Origin: Klebsormidium nitens
Taxonomy: Eukaryota; Plantae; Klebsormidiophyceae
Assembly (NCBI GenBank): GCA_000708835.1
Contig: DF237469.1
Location: forward strand, 1 to 64,000
Length of the DNA: 64,000 nucleotides
Direction of reading: 5' to 3'
This document shows, piece after piece, positions 1 to 12,649 of the stretch (positions are counted from its first letter, which is position 1; each line of letters begins with the position of its first letter). The position numbers and the translations under genes were made by a program. Below the pieces are notes generated by a model. That model worked only from the letters and a program-made list of their open reading frames with translations, did no database searches and was not told the DNA's origin.

Positions 1-110
1 TGGGGAGGGAGGTGGAGTGTAACGTTCTATCCTATATACTTCATAATCATCAATGAGGAAAAAAATAGCGTGAAGTGGGAAAGTTGTAGTTATTACAAGC
101 CCATTGGTAC
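1..110 (+). mobile_element. Possible LTR junction: polypurine tract followed by an 80-bp TGTAA...TTACA segment
   Basis: Purine-rich GGGGAGGGAGGTGGAG (2-17) abuts TGTAA (18-22); the segment ends TTACA (93-97), giving 5-bp inverted ends; TGGTAC follows at 105-110. No second copy was seen in the window and 80 bp is very short for an LTR. Confidence 0.35.
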
Positions 111-1590
111 TTTCTCGGGCTTCCATGGACGCCGCCGCCGCTCCGCAGGCCGCAGCTGATTGCCGCACTTACTTAGTAGGATTCCGCCGCCGGCACTAAG
201 CATTCCGTTCTGCCGTCGAACTCTGCAGCTGTAGGATTTGGCACCTGGGCATGCACTTGCGGAACAGTGCTGGAACAGGGCAAATACGCCCGGGGATAAC
301 ATACGCCGGTTCCGCGGCAGCAATAGCTTGGCGATGTTCTAGAGCGGAATCACGATTCCGCGGAACCTTGCTTCGGACTTCGGTCGTCAGTTTGAGCCGT
401 GCAATCATTGGTCACAGCCGGCGGCGGCCTGGGGGAATCATTCCGCCGCTGAGTTTCAGAGGCTGATTTCACCACCGGGTCACCACCACTGTGACTGTTG
501 CGGGGGTGTGCGGCAGACTGGAGATTCTGCAAGTTCTGCAGCCGGCCATCCCACCAGCGGTAGCCTGAAAATCGGTCCGCAGGCGGGAAGCGTTGACCGG
601 GGCGGCCACTTTGAAGGCGGGGGAGAGAGCCGCTGCATGATTTTCCATGTCAGCCCGCTAACACTGAGAAGGGAGCTTCTGTCATTGAAGCAGCAATTGC
701 AGTGGAAGCGATAAGAAGCTGTAGTCAGAAGCAGGACTCAACATGGCGGAAGAGTGCGCGGCGCGGTTGAGACGCCTGCGTGACACATCTCATTTGTCGA
801 TCATTTACTTTGCTTTGCGCACTGGTTGAAGGGCCAAGGTAGAAGGCTCGTTTTCTCCTCTCAATTTGAGTGAGACGTTTGACCGGGTGGCTTGGATTTT
901 TGATGCAGGTCGCCTCGGTTCTGAAAGGTGCTCCATTGTTCATCCGCGTTGCGCGGCAATGTGAAGAGCGGCACACTGTTGGCCTAGCAGGCGTGTGCCG
1001 GAGGTTTGGTAATCCAGCGGGGTGGCTGGCCTCCTCCATCTTTCAGTGTACTTTCATGCTGCTTGTTGCGGCGGTACCGGAACCTTGCAGGCGTGCGGAA
1101 TGTCCGAGTTTCTTCCGGTGTTGATCCGCAAGTTGGTTGCGGCTCCGAAGAAACGGTTGTACTTGTTTGTCCTGCACTGCGCAGGCTTGTACTGGACTTC
1201 CCTGTTTCAAAGCTGTGAACAATTCTTTTGTTGTTCATCCGCAAGCTTGCGGCAATAAAAGAAACGGCGCTTGAACATCCTGCACGGTGCAGGCTGGCAT
1301 CGGAAATGTCCTTTTGCTGATTGTCCGCAGGTGGTTTGCGGCAGCACGGTACCTGAATATCCTGCGAAGTGCGGGCATGTACTCGGTTTGAAAAGCTCTG
1401 AATATTTTGATTCAGGTACTTTTTGGAAGTCCGGGCAGCTTGCGGCAAAGCTGACGTCGCGATATCTTCATGATGAGGCGGCCAAAGCTTGGAAAGGCGT
1501 GGGTGTCTGGGTCCAAGCGGCACGTAGTACTCGAAGCATGACCTTCTTGACAATCATTGCAGGTACTCTTGGCCTTGGCGAAGCTCAGAC

Positions 1591-2478
1591 ATGGAGAACC
1601 GGGTGGGGCTCGGGAGTGAGTTCCGGCTTCGTCCGTTTGGTGGAGAAGCTGGACGAGCAGCCCAGGTGTGTCTCCAGGAATGGGAGGATTACAGAATCCT
1701 TCATAACTTGTCTGATGCACAGGCTTTGGCTTTTGCACGTTTGATGTGCCAGGGTGATTATGCGAAGACCTGGGCCATGGAGGTGGCCACGGCCAACCTC
1801 TCGTGGCAGGATTTCCGCACCCGTTTTGAGCGAGAGTTCTGTAGCGAGCCTTGGCAAGCCTTGAGCTTAGCTCTTCTTGAGGCGAAGCAGGGTGACTCCT
1901 CTATTGGGGAGTATGCCACTCGGTTGAGGCGGCTCTTCGCGGCGTTGGAAATCCCGGAAACACGGAAGTTGGATCACTTCCGTCGAGGACTGATTCCAGA
2001 GCTACGGCTTAGTGCTTGCTGGCACACAGAATTTGAGAGTGCAGTCGAGCATTTGCAACGCTCGGAGAACGAACGGCACATAGATGAGTATCTGGTGGAG
2101 CCGAGAGTTTCCCGTGTCCACACCTCCAAGGAGGTGAGCGAAGCGGTGGTAGCGCGGTTGAGCAGGAAAATGGCAGTCGATACTAATGTTGATCAACCGG
2201 CGGTCAGAGAAGCACCGGAACTATCTTCGCATCTCTGTAGACGGTGCCTTCAGAGAGGTCACGTGCTGCGTGAATGCACGAATGAGGCCAAGGCCCAATG
2301 GAACGAGTGCTGCAGCTTTTATGGCCGCCACCGGCGGAGCTGTCGGAGAAAAAGGACGAGGACTTTAGAAAATTCTGAGGCGGCGGAAGTACTGGTTTGC
2401 GAGCCGCCTGCAGGCGAGGTGAGTCGTCTCTTCGCTCAAGCTTACGAGCATGCGGAGGCGGCCGGTTACTTGTCGTAG
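1591..2478 (+). mobile_element. Ty3/gypsy-type gag ORF (295 aa, capsid-like region plus CCHC zinc knuckle) of a non-autonomous retroelement
   Basis: Retrotransposon gag motif SWQDFRTRFEREF...LLEAKQGDSSIGEYATRLRRL...KLDHFRRGLIPELR, and a perfect C-X2-C-X4-H-X4-C knuckle CRRCLQRGHVLREC. Intronless. No intact RT, RNase H or integrase downstream. Confidence 0.85.
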
Positions 2479-3317
2479 TAAACTGTTTAGACCGTGCAGT
2501 ATCCAAGGATGTCTGCGCGGTGTGTGTTCACAGCTGAGGGGAGTTTTGGTCACGGCCAGATTCCGCACAGCTGCGGATGACTTCAAATGATGGTTTTGTA
2601 CTGCTCCGCAAGCGGAGCATGCAGATGCGGAAGGTGATCGAAGTTGTGGCCGGGTCAGCCACTCTGTTGCTAGGGGAAGGGACCAGACCCTACGGGGTCG
2701 ATCTCGTAAGAAAACAGGTTTGTGGAATGGTCAGAATGGTGGCCGGAGCAGATTGTGACGGGCCTCGCTTTGGTGTGCTTTCAAAAACCAGCATAAGGAT
2801 TGTTTGCCTGTGCTCTTACTCACGAGTCTGACTGCATAAGTTGTGAAGGAGGTGAAACTCCAAATCCATCTGGATAAATGGAAAGCGCGAGCGAGAGTGT
2901 GGGCAAGGTGCTTGGGGTTTGAGAAAGGTAACTGATGATACTTCTAGAAGAACGGGTATCCACGGATGCTTGTCCTCTTTTCGGAACGTGGAAATTCCCA
3001 TTAGTTAGCCTGCTTGGCGTGCCCACCGCCGCAGCTAGGTCTCAAGCAGACGTTGTGAAAGTTGGCAGACCTGAGTCATGCAGTCATGCAAGCAGCTTAC
3101 GAGCTGCGGCTTGTCTTCGAAGTTACTTCAGAACGGAGAAGATTTGCGGATCTTTATTGGAAGTGCTTCTGACGAATCAGATGTGCATATTTTCCGGCCT
3201 GCAAGCATCTACGAAGGTTCGTGAATGGGAAGGACTGTCGTTCCGAGGATCGGAGCACTGTTTGTACGAGCAAACGTGCCAAGATGGACGTCAGACAACC
3301 AACGGACCGAAGTGCAC

Positions 3318-4245
3318 GGGAAGCCCACGGGCTGATTAGCGGAGCTGTCGGAATGCCTACGGGCTGATCCGCTTGATTCTGCCAAAATTTTGGGAAGCTT
3401 ACGGGCTGATGTGCGAAAAGGCGGGGAGCCTGGGGCTAAAGTGCAGAATCGCGGGGAACCTACAAATCCGATGTGCGGAAAGGCGGAAAGCCCACTGGTT
3501 GTCGCTTAGAAGCAGCGGACGGCCTACAAGCTCAAGAACGGAGCTGCCGGAAAGCCTACGGGTTGATTGGCAGCTTGACTCCGGATGACTTGCAGAAGCA
3601 TCCAAGCGTGAGTGCGGAAACGCGGAGAATCTCTGCGGCCGGGTTGAGGTGCGGAAAGGTGAGAAGTCTGATGGCTGACGCCTGGAATTGCAGAAAGCCT
3701 ACAGGCTGACTTTGCGGGACTTTTGGAGGCCTGCGGGTTCGTGTTTTCATTTGCAAAAATTCGAAGCAGACCTGCGGGTCTCGCTTTGGAAAGCTTTTGC
3801 AGGCTTTTGGCGTTGATTCGATTGCGGCACTAGCTCAAGATTCAGTTGCCGGAATTGTCAAAGTCCTTCAGACCGGCCGCCAGAAGAAGGTGCCGGGCAG
3901 GTGCCTGGGCCCAAATACGGAGCTGACCGTAAGCCTACGGGCTCATCGGTTCTATTCTCGAAGGACTTTGCGAAGAGCCCACGGGCTATGTGCAGGAAAG
4001 CGGTCGGAAAGCCTACGGGCTGATCGCTCAGTGTTCTGAGATAATCTGTGGAAAGCCCACGGGCTGTGTGCAGGAAAGCGGAAGGCCTACGGGCTGATTG
4101 CTCAGTGTTCTGAAATAATCTGCGGAAAGCCCACGGGCTGTGTGCAGGAAAGCCGAAAGCTTACTAGTGACAGGCTGACAACGGAGTTGGCAAACGGTCT
4201 ACGGGTGAACGAGAAGCGCGTGAGCACCGCCCACGGGCTGGCTGC
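3318..4245 (+). repeat. Array of about 12 copies of GGAAAGCC(T/C)ACGGGCTG, organised as ~74-78 bp higher-order units at 3976-4160
   Basis: Cores at 3322, 3355, 3396, 3553, 3696, 3932, 3976, 4010, 4054, 4084, 4128 and 4229; spacings 3976->4054 = 78, 4054->4128 = 74, 4010->4084 = 74. Confidence 0.85.
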
Positions 4246-4429
4246 CACGTGGTGGAACCCACAGGAAAGCAGGAAAGCGGCGAGCTGCGGAACGGAGGGC
4301 TGCGGACGGTCGAGTGTACCTTTTCTCCCTATCAGATCATCGAAGTAAGGCAAGCCTGCTTCGAAGGGAGTTTTTAACGGCACCACGTTCGCTCGTCTTT
4401 GCAGCGGAGAGCAACAATCTTGCAGGAAT

Positions 4430-4481
4430 CATAGACGCGAGGACGCTTTTTTCAACGGGGAGAGCCGTCACAGCTGTGACG
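4430..4481 (+). mobile_element. Gypsy-like 3' end (PPT-like) followed by a 16-bp palindrome resembling fused LTR ends
   Basis: GACGCGAGGACGCTTTTTTCAACGGGGAGAG resembles the end of gypsy pol plus PPT; it is followed by the perfect palindrome CGTCACAGCTGTGACG (4466-4481). Confidence 0.3.
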
Positions 4482-5682
4482 AAATGATAAGGGTTAGCCG
4501 CAAGAGAAAGGGGCACGCGCGCTTTGGCGCGGCCGCCCCTCTTCGGTAAACCTTGTAAACCTCCGGCCGGCGTCGACGGGCATGCATGTAACCTCCGGAT
4601 AAGGTTGACAGGTCGGCAGTCCCGTCCATAGAGCAATCCGGTCCACAGAGTAGACAGTGTATTGTGAATCCGGACATGACTGAACTCTAATTCCAATTGA
4701 CCCAAGGAAGAGGTGTTAGAGAAGTAAGGCGCCTTTGGATGCATCTTCTTGTCCATGGCCACTCACCAACTACTTAAGCATGAGCATGATGCAATATGAG
4801 AGGCTCCGCAGAGTGCCGGTGAATACGGCTGATGTGCATGGTGCGGCGCCGGAAGCTCCGCCGGAAGTGTACCCCTTTCTTTAGCGGAGACCCGCGTTAA
4901 TTTCGTCACACAGGCAGTGCAGTTGATGTGCAACATTAGGAGGCGGCTGATTGTACAGCAGGCCGGCCTCGCGCGCTGGAGCCAAACTTGAACTCCGCAT
5001 GCGGTATCATGCATTGCAACTCGTCGGATCAGCCGCATGCATGGTAGACTAGCTCCCTATCATAGTATGTACGCGGACATGTTTAATCGATTGGGGCACA
5101 CAACGACTGAAAAAAATCTTCATGGCAAGTCGGAACTTAAAGCTATCGATAAATTACCAACCGTAACGGGACCTGGCACACATGCACAGTGCGCAAGTTG
5201 CAGCGCCATGTCTGACAGTGAGTCATGAAACAATCTGCTCTGGCGAATGTATAATCTTGACTTTGAGTGGTGCCAACCTGCAAACTTCGGAATTTGAGAC
5301 TCGTAGTCACAAGACCTTAGTAAGGACGTTACAACGCCGTCTTGATGACTGTCAAGAATGTGTGCGAATATATTCAGACCGTCAGTCTACTAGATTAAAT
5401 GGAAGTGACCGTCGGGTGGCAATATTTCATTGCCCACATACCTGTCCTTGGTGCCCTACATCAACTGCCGCGTCCGGCGCTAAACCCGTTGACTTCCTAC
5501 CCTAGCTGTAGTTGCTTGACGGTCGCTTCCAAACGTTCTCGTGTTGCAAACCAAGATGGTCACCACCTTCTAATTCCTTTCCTCTCTATCCACAAGTTCG
5601 TTTCCTCCAGTCTACTCATACGCCCCCGAGATTGCGATGCACCCTCGCTCCGGTCTGAGCTTCTCTGCCACGAGGAGGGCAT

Positions 5683-8600
5683 CTAACTAGCAGTGCCAGT
5701 CTCCGGAGAAGACGCCAACGACGATATCGAATAGAGGGTCATAGGGCGCCGCGGAAGACGGGGCACCTCCGTTTCTTGCAAAAGCATGTCCGCGCACTCC
5801 AGCATGGTGGGCCGGATGCTGGTGGTTGTGTGGACGCACAGGAGGGCAATCTGCGGTCCGAGAAGCAGGGGATGAGACGGCGCTCATGATGTGGAGCTGG
5901 TTCAGAGCTGGTGAGGAGCTGGTTAGAGCTGATTTAGGTCTCATGATTTAGGCTGGTTAAGGGCTGGTCACAAACTGGTTCACAGCTAGGTCCAGTCAAA
6001 TCTCAGCCGTTGTCGAGAAGAGTCTGTAAGGCAGTTTCAGGTTATCTGTTGGTGACGTGCCAGGACCCGGTTGCGTAGTTGCTAGGAGGAGATGAAAACG
6101 GTGGAAGTCAGATTGCGGACGCGTTCTGTCGGCCAGTTTCCCCATCTCATCGGCCCTAATGAAGCGCAGACTGCTGTTGGGATCGCTGCTGAAGCGTGTT
6201 CGAAGCGCAGGGCCTAAAGTTTTGGCACCGTGGAAGATCCGTCTTTCAACACCTCACAAACGCCGGAGACAGGCAACATTACCACCGGTGCAGCCAGAGA
6301 TCCCTGTCAAAGCAAGAAAAAATTGGAACGTGCCATAAACGACGGTTCCAAGTACACAGGACTTAGGTCCGCTCCCCACCGAAACCTGGTTAGCGGGTCC
6401 CAAAACCAGCACTTTAATTAGTGGGAAGAAAGGCAACTCAACCCATTCAGATCAATCCTTGGTAAAGTCAGATTTCCTGTTGAGCTTACCCGGGCCATCC
6501 GCTCCATGCTTTCCGCATGCTCCTCTCGTTCCGCCATAGATAATTGTCGGTCAAACAGCATCCTAAGTTCGTTCCGTTCCGCCAGCGTCCATGCCCATTC
6601 CGTCAAATGCACCTGAGAGTTATCGGACGGAAGAGTGTTTCAACATCGTCTATGTCGCAAGCACCCAGATCAGCATAGGTTGCAAATAATATGAGAACGG
6701 ACATGAGGATCTGTTAGTTCGGCTCCGCGCACGGTCGAGATGCGTCCGTCACGGATGGAACGGAACGGCGAAACGGATCGAGATCAGAGCGGAAGGCTTG
6801 CCTGCTCTGGAGGAACGTCCTGAACGGTGGGCCGCCTGCCGGCCACCAACGTTAGCAACACCACCCCAAAGCTGTACACGTCACTCTTATCCGTCAGCTT
6901 TCCGGTAGCCACGTACTCCGGGCTCAGAAAGCCCCACGTACCCGCGACCGCTGCGGAGATCGACGATACCGCGGTCAGATTGTGGAGATTGAAGGAAATT
7001 TTTGACCTACAAAAAGCATTGTTGAATTTAGCCAACAATTGGCGGACGGTTTCGGCAGCAAAGTGACGAAGCAGTGTCCTCCTCTACTTCTCGTCCCCTT
7101 ATCTAGAGGGTCGATGACGGCCAGAACATTGAAAGCCACTGTGAGAGTCTACTTCTCGCAGTAATCAAACAATTTCGGCAGCAGAATGAACCGACGGCTC
7201 ATGTCGAACTCCCTGCATTATGCAGATGCGGAGCCTTTTATTCCGGAGCCTTTCTCGTCAAGACGGCCGTGTGACCCGAGACAAAACCTGCCTAGATTCC
7301 TGCTGACATGACGCTTCTACCTTGCTTATGCGCGAATGTTTCGTCCTTTGTTCTGTTTCCAAGGGCCTTCACGAACTATTCCGGGGCGCATTTTCGCACG
7401 CAGCCGCGGAAAAGCTGCGCCTACCACTGTTCTTCCAACACATTATGCAATGGCCATAAAGACGGCAAGGCCACTAACCCGTTGTGACGTGTGTGACGTC
7501 CGCGTCCGTTTGTTTCGCAAGGCCGAAGTCGGATAGCTTCGCCTCAAAGTCACGCGTGAGCAGGATATTGCTCGGTTTCACGTCACGATGTATGCACTGC
7601 GGAACGCAATCCTGGAGCACAGTGAGGAGAGGGACGTGGCTTCAGTTGGCTGATGGAAAGATGGTTATTTGTCTCTTTAGAGTGCATCTCCCGCTGATGG
7701 CTGGCACTCTCAAAAGGAAGAAGAAGGAGCAACTGATTGCTAGCAATCAAAAGCGACAGACTGAGAAATGCTTCTGAATCACGGCGATGTACCAAACGTC
7801 GGCGGTGGATATTTCAGGACCATTGCACAATAAAAGAGAAGTATCGGACGCAGTAACCCGATTGAAACCAAGATTAGACAGCCCTCTGGGCTGCAAAGTA
7901 ACAAGACCGAAGCGAAAGTTAGTGACACCTGTTGCTTTCGATCTAAACAGCGGCCCTTCTTGCCGGTCTCACAAATGAACCTTAAGCCTGAAACTGCAAA
8001 AGATCACTCACATTGTGGAGGTAGATCAGCCCGCGAGCAGTCCCGAGCGCGACCTTCTCGCGAGTCGGCCAGTCCAAGAAGCGCGACTCCGAACTTCTGA
8101 ACGACTGCTGAGTGCCGCCTTGTACAGGGTAAAGATGGTCTTCCAGACTGCCTTGCTCCACGAACTCGTAAACGAGGCTGAAAGGAAACCACAATTGCGA
8201 CGGAAGTTAGGTCTTCTTCAGACTGCTGCTCGCCAATGAGACACTCTGTAAGCGAAGCTCAACTCGAACCAAGCTTGGTTAACGGGAATTTTGATCATAA
8301 CACCAATCACGTACCGGTTTAGCCACGAGGGTAAGGACCGACGCGATGAGCGTATGCATGACGCAAGGGCGTTCTAGACACGGCGCCTTACACGCCACAA
8401 AGAGCCAGGCTTATACATTGGAAGCGATTACCTGCTTGCATAGGGCCTGATCATTCTTGAACGTAAAACCGAGACGACCAAACGGGTCTCGATACTGTTG
8501 AAGAAGAGTTTGGATGGTCCTGCTTACAATCATCGTCTGGTGATCAGTTTAGCGAGCTAACAAATTCTACAACGCAATGTAGATTACTGCTTTATTCATC

Positions 8601-11600
8601 TAGGCCCGAGGTTTGCGAATGGGCTCAAACAATTTCACCTGCAGTGAGGCTCCAAGAAGCAGCACCCCTTCAAGAACACCAGGTGGCGATGCCGGTATCG
8701 GGCTAAAGTCGCAATCTCGTTCCACGCTTCCTGTCAAACGGACAAAACCCCCGCTGAAAGAAGAGCAGTTGGGATTCATGAGCGAAGTCCTGATGGCGGA
8801 AGATACGCCCCTCGTCTCCAAATTGTCAAATGTCTGGCCGATCACGCGTCTAAATACGTTTCACTTACTCCAGTCGAGCTGCCGCCTCTCGGAGAAACGT
8901 ACGTTCAGGTATACCTATTTGCAACTTTTACTGAGCGCGTAATGCATGCGAAGGGCTGAAATGATGTAACAGTCTCACCTTTGCTCCATTCTTTCCCGTC
9001 TTGATGATAGCAACCTTGATTGCAACCACCTCTCCATTGAGCTCACCAACGTACACTTTTCCGGAAGCCCCACTACCCAAAAGTTGACTGTCATCGAAGT
9101 TTCCCGTCGCCTTCTCTAGTTGCTTCCTGCTGTAGATTTGCAACCGCTGCTGTAAGGCGCGTTTTCTTATTGACGACATGCGGCTCAGCACTGCCAGCTT
9201 GGAGTTGTACTGAACTTTGGTGAGAGGAAAGCGCTTGACAACAACTACCGCTAGGATGACCAGGAGGAGAACCATTATTCCGACACCGGACAAGGTTCCC
9301 ACTAGCCACCACTTGATGCCAGCGCTACTCGGAGAAATGGGAGGCGAAAGCGTCAACGGGGGTGGGAACCGGAAGTAGCAGTTCTGCCAAGCGGTGATCT
9401 CGTCCAGGCTAGACAGTGAGGCTGAGAATTGCAGTGCCAGCATAATTGCGCAGGAGCTGAAGTAGCTCGTGTCATCGGTGTTTGCGAGTTCGTTGGCGAC
9501 TTCGCCATATAAAGTCGGCCTGCAGCGGCTGCAATCGCTGGTAGAACGGTTGCATGAGGCGGCGATCCGGTTCATATACCGGCTTGGAACGCGTTGGTAA
9601 GCAGTGGTGTAATTGTAGCAGCCAACGCTGATGAGGGGGGTTGCAGCCGACGCGTGGCCGCATGTATCCAGAACAAAGAGCGAAACGCCGTGGGCCAAGA
9701 GGGCCTCCTTGAACACCGAGAAGCACACTTGGGCCTCTTCCTGCAAACAAGTGTTAATGGACAATGAGAATGAGAAAGACGGGATTTGCGGGTCGCCACT
9801 CGGGTCTGCTTGTAGCTGCGCTGCACTCGGTGATTTGCCGACTTTAGGCTCTTACAGGAATAGTTGGCGAGGTCAGAGCGAAAGTCCTCGCAGCAGGTGA
9901 CAGCTTCTCAACCTTGGCACATGCAATTGGCCAGAGCTGCCAGTCCATTTGGAGTCAAGCAAGGATCGTCGCTTGCATTTTGCAGACTCTCTGCATATGT
10001 TCCGATTTTTAGAACCTCAACAGTCTGATTGTACTCACCGGCCGGATGAAGCTACCAATGCTCTCAATTACCAGCTTCTCAGTGGGCCTTTTTGCCAGAC
10101 CAATGTAACACGGTAAAGTCAGCTACATGAGTAGAAGGGCAGCTTGCTTACCTGAGGGATCGGACTCCCTGTCTTTTGAAAATAGAACCCGTTCTGCTGG
10201 CCAAACATTCCGATAATGAGGTCGCAACAGCGATCCGGGCGGATCTGGGCCGGGCCACAGCTGAGGGCTATGGAGGTAAAGTTTTGCGCCTCCCAGTCAA
10301 ACGCCGTGCATTTGGCTGCCGGTATGATGGGAGTGATGTCAACGGCGTGTAGGCACTGGGAGATCCCGTTGGCCATAGCAACAGGGTAAGCAGCTGCAGT
10401 CATCGCAATCTGGGCCAAACCTGCAAGGCATTAAGGAGGTGCATGTGGATTCTCTCTATGTTGCAACGGTGACACAGGAATGTGAGCCAGAAAGGTTGAA
10501 TTGCTGCAGATTCAAAGCTTCTTAGCAGGATCCTACAGGGTCTTAGTCTGGATCAATTTAGCAGATTGCAACCAAAACAACTCTTATTGCAATACCATTG
10601 CCTCCTGAACATTTATGCCGGCCAAGCTTTCCAAGACTGCATTCCATATGTCAAAAATAATCCTTATCAGTCCTCCTAGTACAAACGGGTTCAATACACA
10701 AGCAGAAAGGCTAAGGACGTTTTTGTCTGGCAATCTCTAGCTGGCATGGAGGCCAGTGAAGCGCTCTGCCAGGCGACCTTACCTTGGCATGTTGGTGTGC
10801 TGAGTAAAGCAGTGGTGCTGCCCCCAAGAGACAAGATCTTGTTTGTGATCAAAGTGGTGCAGAGGCCACAGTTCCCTTGAGTCGCAACATAGCAGCTGGC
10901 ACCCACAGTACCTGGATCAAAGTACCAAATACAGTAAGGCTATAAGAGCCTTTGATGCACTTGCAAAAATTTCACGATTGGCTAAGCCTGCATTTCCTGA
11001 CAAAGCCTCTTTGCAAGCATGTCCCTTGCCTGAAATAAGAGGTCAAATCAACCTGCACTCTTGCATAGTTTGAAGAGAGAAGCGGGAGAAAAGTTTCCGC
11101 CGTCCGCAACATCATAAACGCGATGTCTGTTTGGCTTTGTATCCCAAGTAAAGGTCCGTTGCTATGTGCCACGTTCAACAATCTTCTTGCATGATCTAGG
11201 GAGCGCACGGCTGCTCCCGCACATGAGATGGCTGATGCTCCCTTTATGTCATTGTGAGTACTTCAAAAACCTGCAGACATGTATTTTTGGAAGTGTACTA
11301 TGTCCTCACCTGGAAAAGTGCGGTTTGTTGCAGACCAAAAGTCGTATACGGTTGTGAGGTTGCTTCCACAAGCCTCGCCTGTCTCCTCAGAGAGTGTTGC
11401 ACTGGTAATATTGCAGTTTCCAACATCAGGTACTCCAGCCGCCAACAAGGAAGCCTTGAAATTCTGCAGGTCAGGGCTAGGAGTCGGCATTTGAGGGTTC
11501 AAAGCACTACTTGGTTCTTTGCACACCGTGACTGTGATTTTGCTATCAGACACTGCACTTCTCTGATTTGCCAGGCCCTGTTGTTCTCCAGTGCGTCCTG

Positions 11601-12649
11601 GTAATCCAATATAATAGTTCAAGTTCAAGTATCATGAGCAGGAGAGTTGTAAGCAAGACAGGACCAGATTGGATTTTATTGAACATTGAGAACCCCAGCA
11701 AATGCTTCGCAATGACAAGCACAGCAGCTGGAGAGCACTACCTTCGGACATACATCCCAGCTCTAAAACTCACAAGAAGAACCAGTCTAGGATACCCTGA
11801 CAATGAAACATTTACAAGAGATGGCCTGAAACCATACTCTGATCGTGCTTCCAGCTGACTTCCAGGGCGTCCTTCGATACTGTGGTGAGGGATGAGGCAG
11901 TGTGCAAAACGACTGAGACGGGCCTACCTGGACGCATGCATCTGCTGACGCTTGTGGAAGCAGCAGGCGGCCGGTGTCATTTGCATAACGCGTCCTTGCT
12001 TGGAACAACGCTGCCCGAATCTGATTACAGCACCTGGTTGGAAGGTCTGCTCCATTCGCGGTGGTGGTTGCCACGCCTAAAGCACCAGGAGAGCGTTCTT
12101 CTTAGGGCGGTCACATAGCTGGTCAATATCAACACATCATATTAATTGAAGACCTCATTTGCTTCTTGGCAGCAGGCAACACTTATGCAACCTCAAGAAC
12201 CAAGATCACACATCTGAATTCTGAGGTCTTGCCTGGCGACCAGCTCGAAAGAAAACAATAGAAGCTTCGTGATACTTTGATGGACCCCGGTCTGTCTTTG
12301 CTAAAATTGTTGGCGAAGAAAGGAACATTGTTGAGCCTTCTATTTCAAAGCTGCCACTTCTGGACTCTAAGATTGGACAGAAGCAGCAGCTCACAAAACA
12401 AGCCTTTGAATGCAACAGCCACTTACTGGAAGAGCACGCCGAATCCTTGGCATGCCGGATGTCTGATTGCAAGAAAACCAAGGGGCAATCTCCACGAGAG
12501 ATTGCTGGAGGAAGGGGGGCGCCTGGTCGAGGTGCGGTCTCTACATAGTCGGCGACACCTCTTCCTAAGAGACCCACTTGAATCAGCAGAACATAAAGAC
12601 AGAGGGTATTGATCATGTTTGAAGAGACTCCACTTAGGGGCGCTGTCAT
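5683..12649 (-). CDS. Receptor-like kinase (RD type) with signal peptide, two tandem SPARK-like 12-Cys domains, one TM helix and a kinase domain; 12 exons, about 827-838 aa
   Basis: Exons (high to low): 12649 or 12616-12427, 12076-11928, 11463-11310, 10911-10783, 10420-10152, 9740-8979, 8730-8639, 8177-8012, 7611-7479, 6950-6802, 6612-6490, 5850-5683; all phases are compatible. Kinase motifs [94 protein letters not shown] segment [25 protein letters not shown]. The donor at 6801 is GC. Confidence 0.9.
5894..5990. repeat. Imperfect 10-12 bp tandem repeat (GAGCTGGTT-like) in the last intron of the kinase
   Basis: gagctggttca gagctggtgag gagctggtta gagctgattta ... ggctggttaa gggctggtca. Confidence 0.6.

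Noticed and set aside
2860-3340. Aspartic protease or pol remnant after gag
   Set aside because: Only IWINGK is suggestive; no D(T/S)GA, RT or integrase motif is readable.
8860-8930. [12 protein letters not shown] as kinase subdomain III
   Set aside because: It needs a poor acceptor; exon 8730-8639 ([18 protein letters not shown]) supplies the subdomain with canonical sites.
10972-11208. 78-aa ORF as a candidate kinase exon
   Set aside because: Phase is compatible, but it has no Cys pattern and would break the SPARK alignment; direct joining of 11310 to 10911 restores it.
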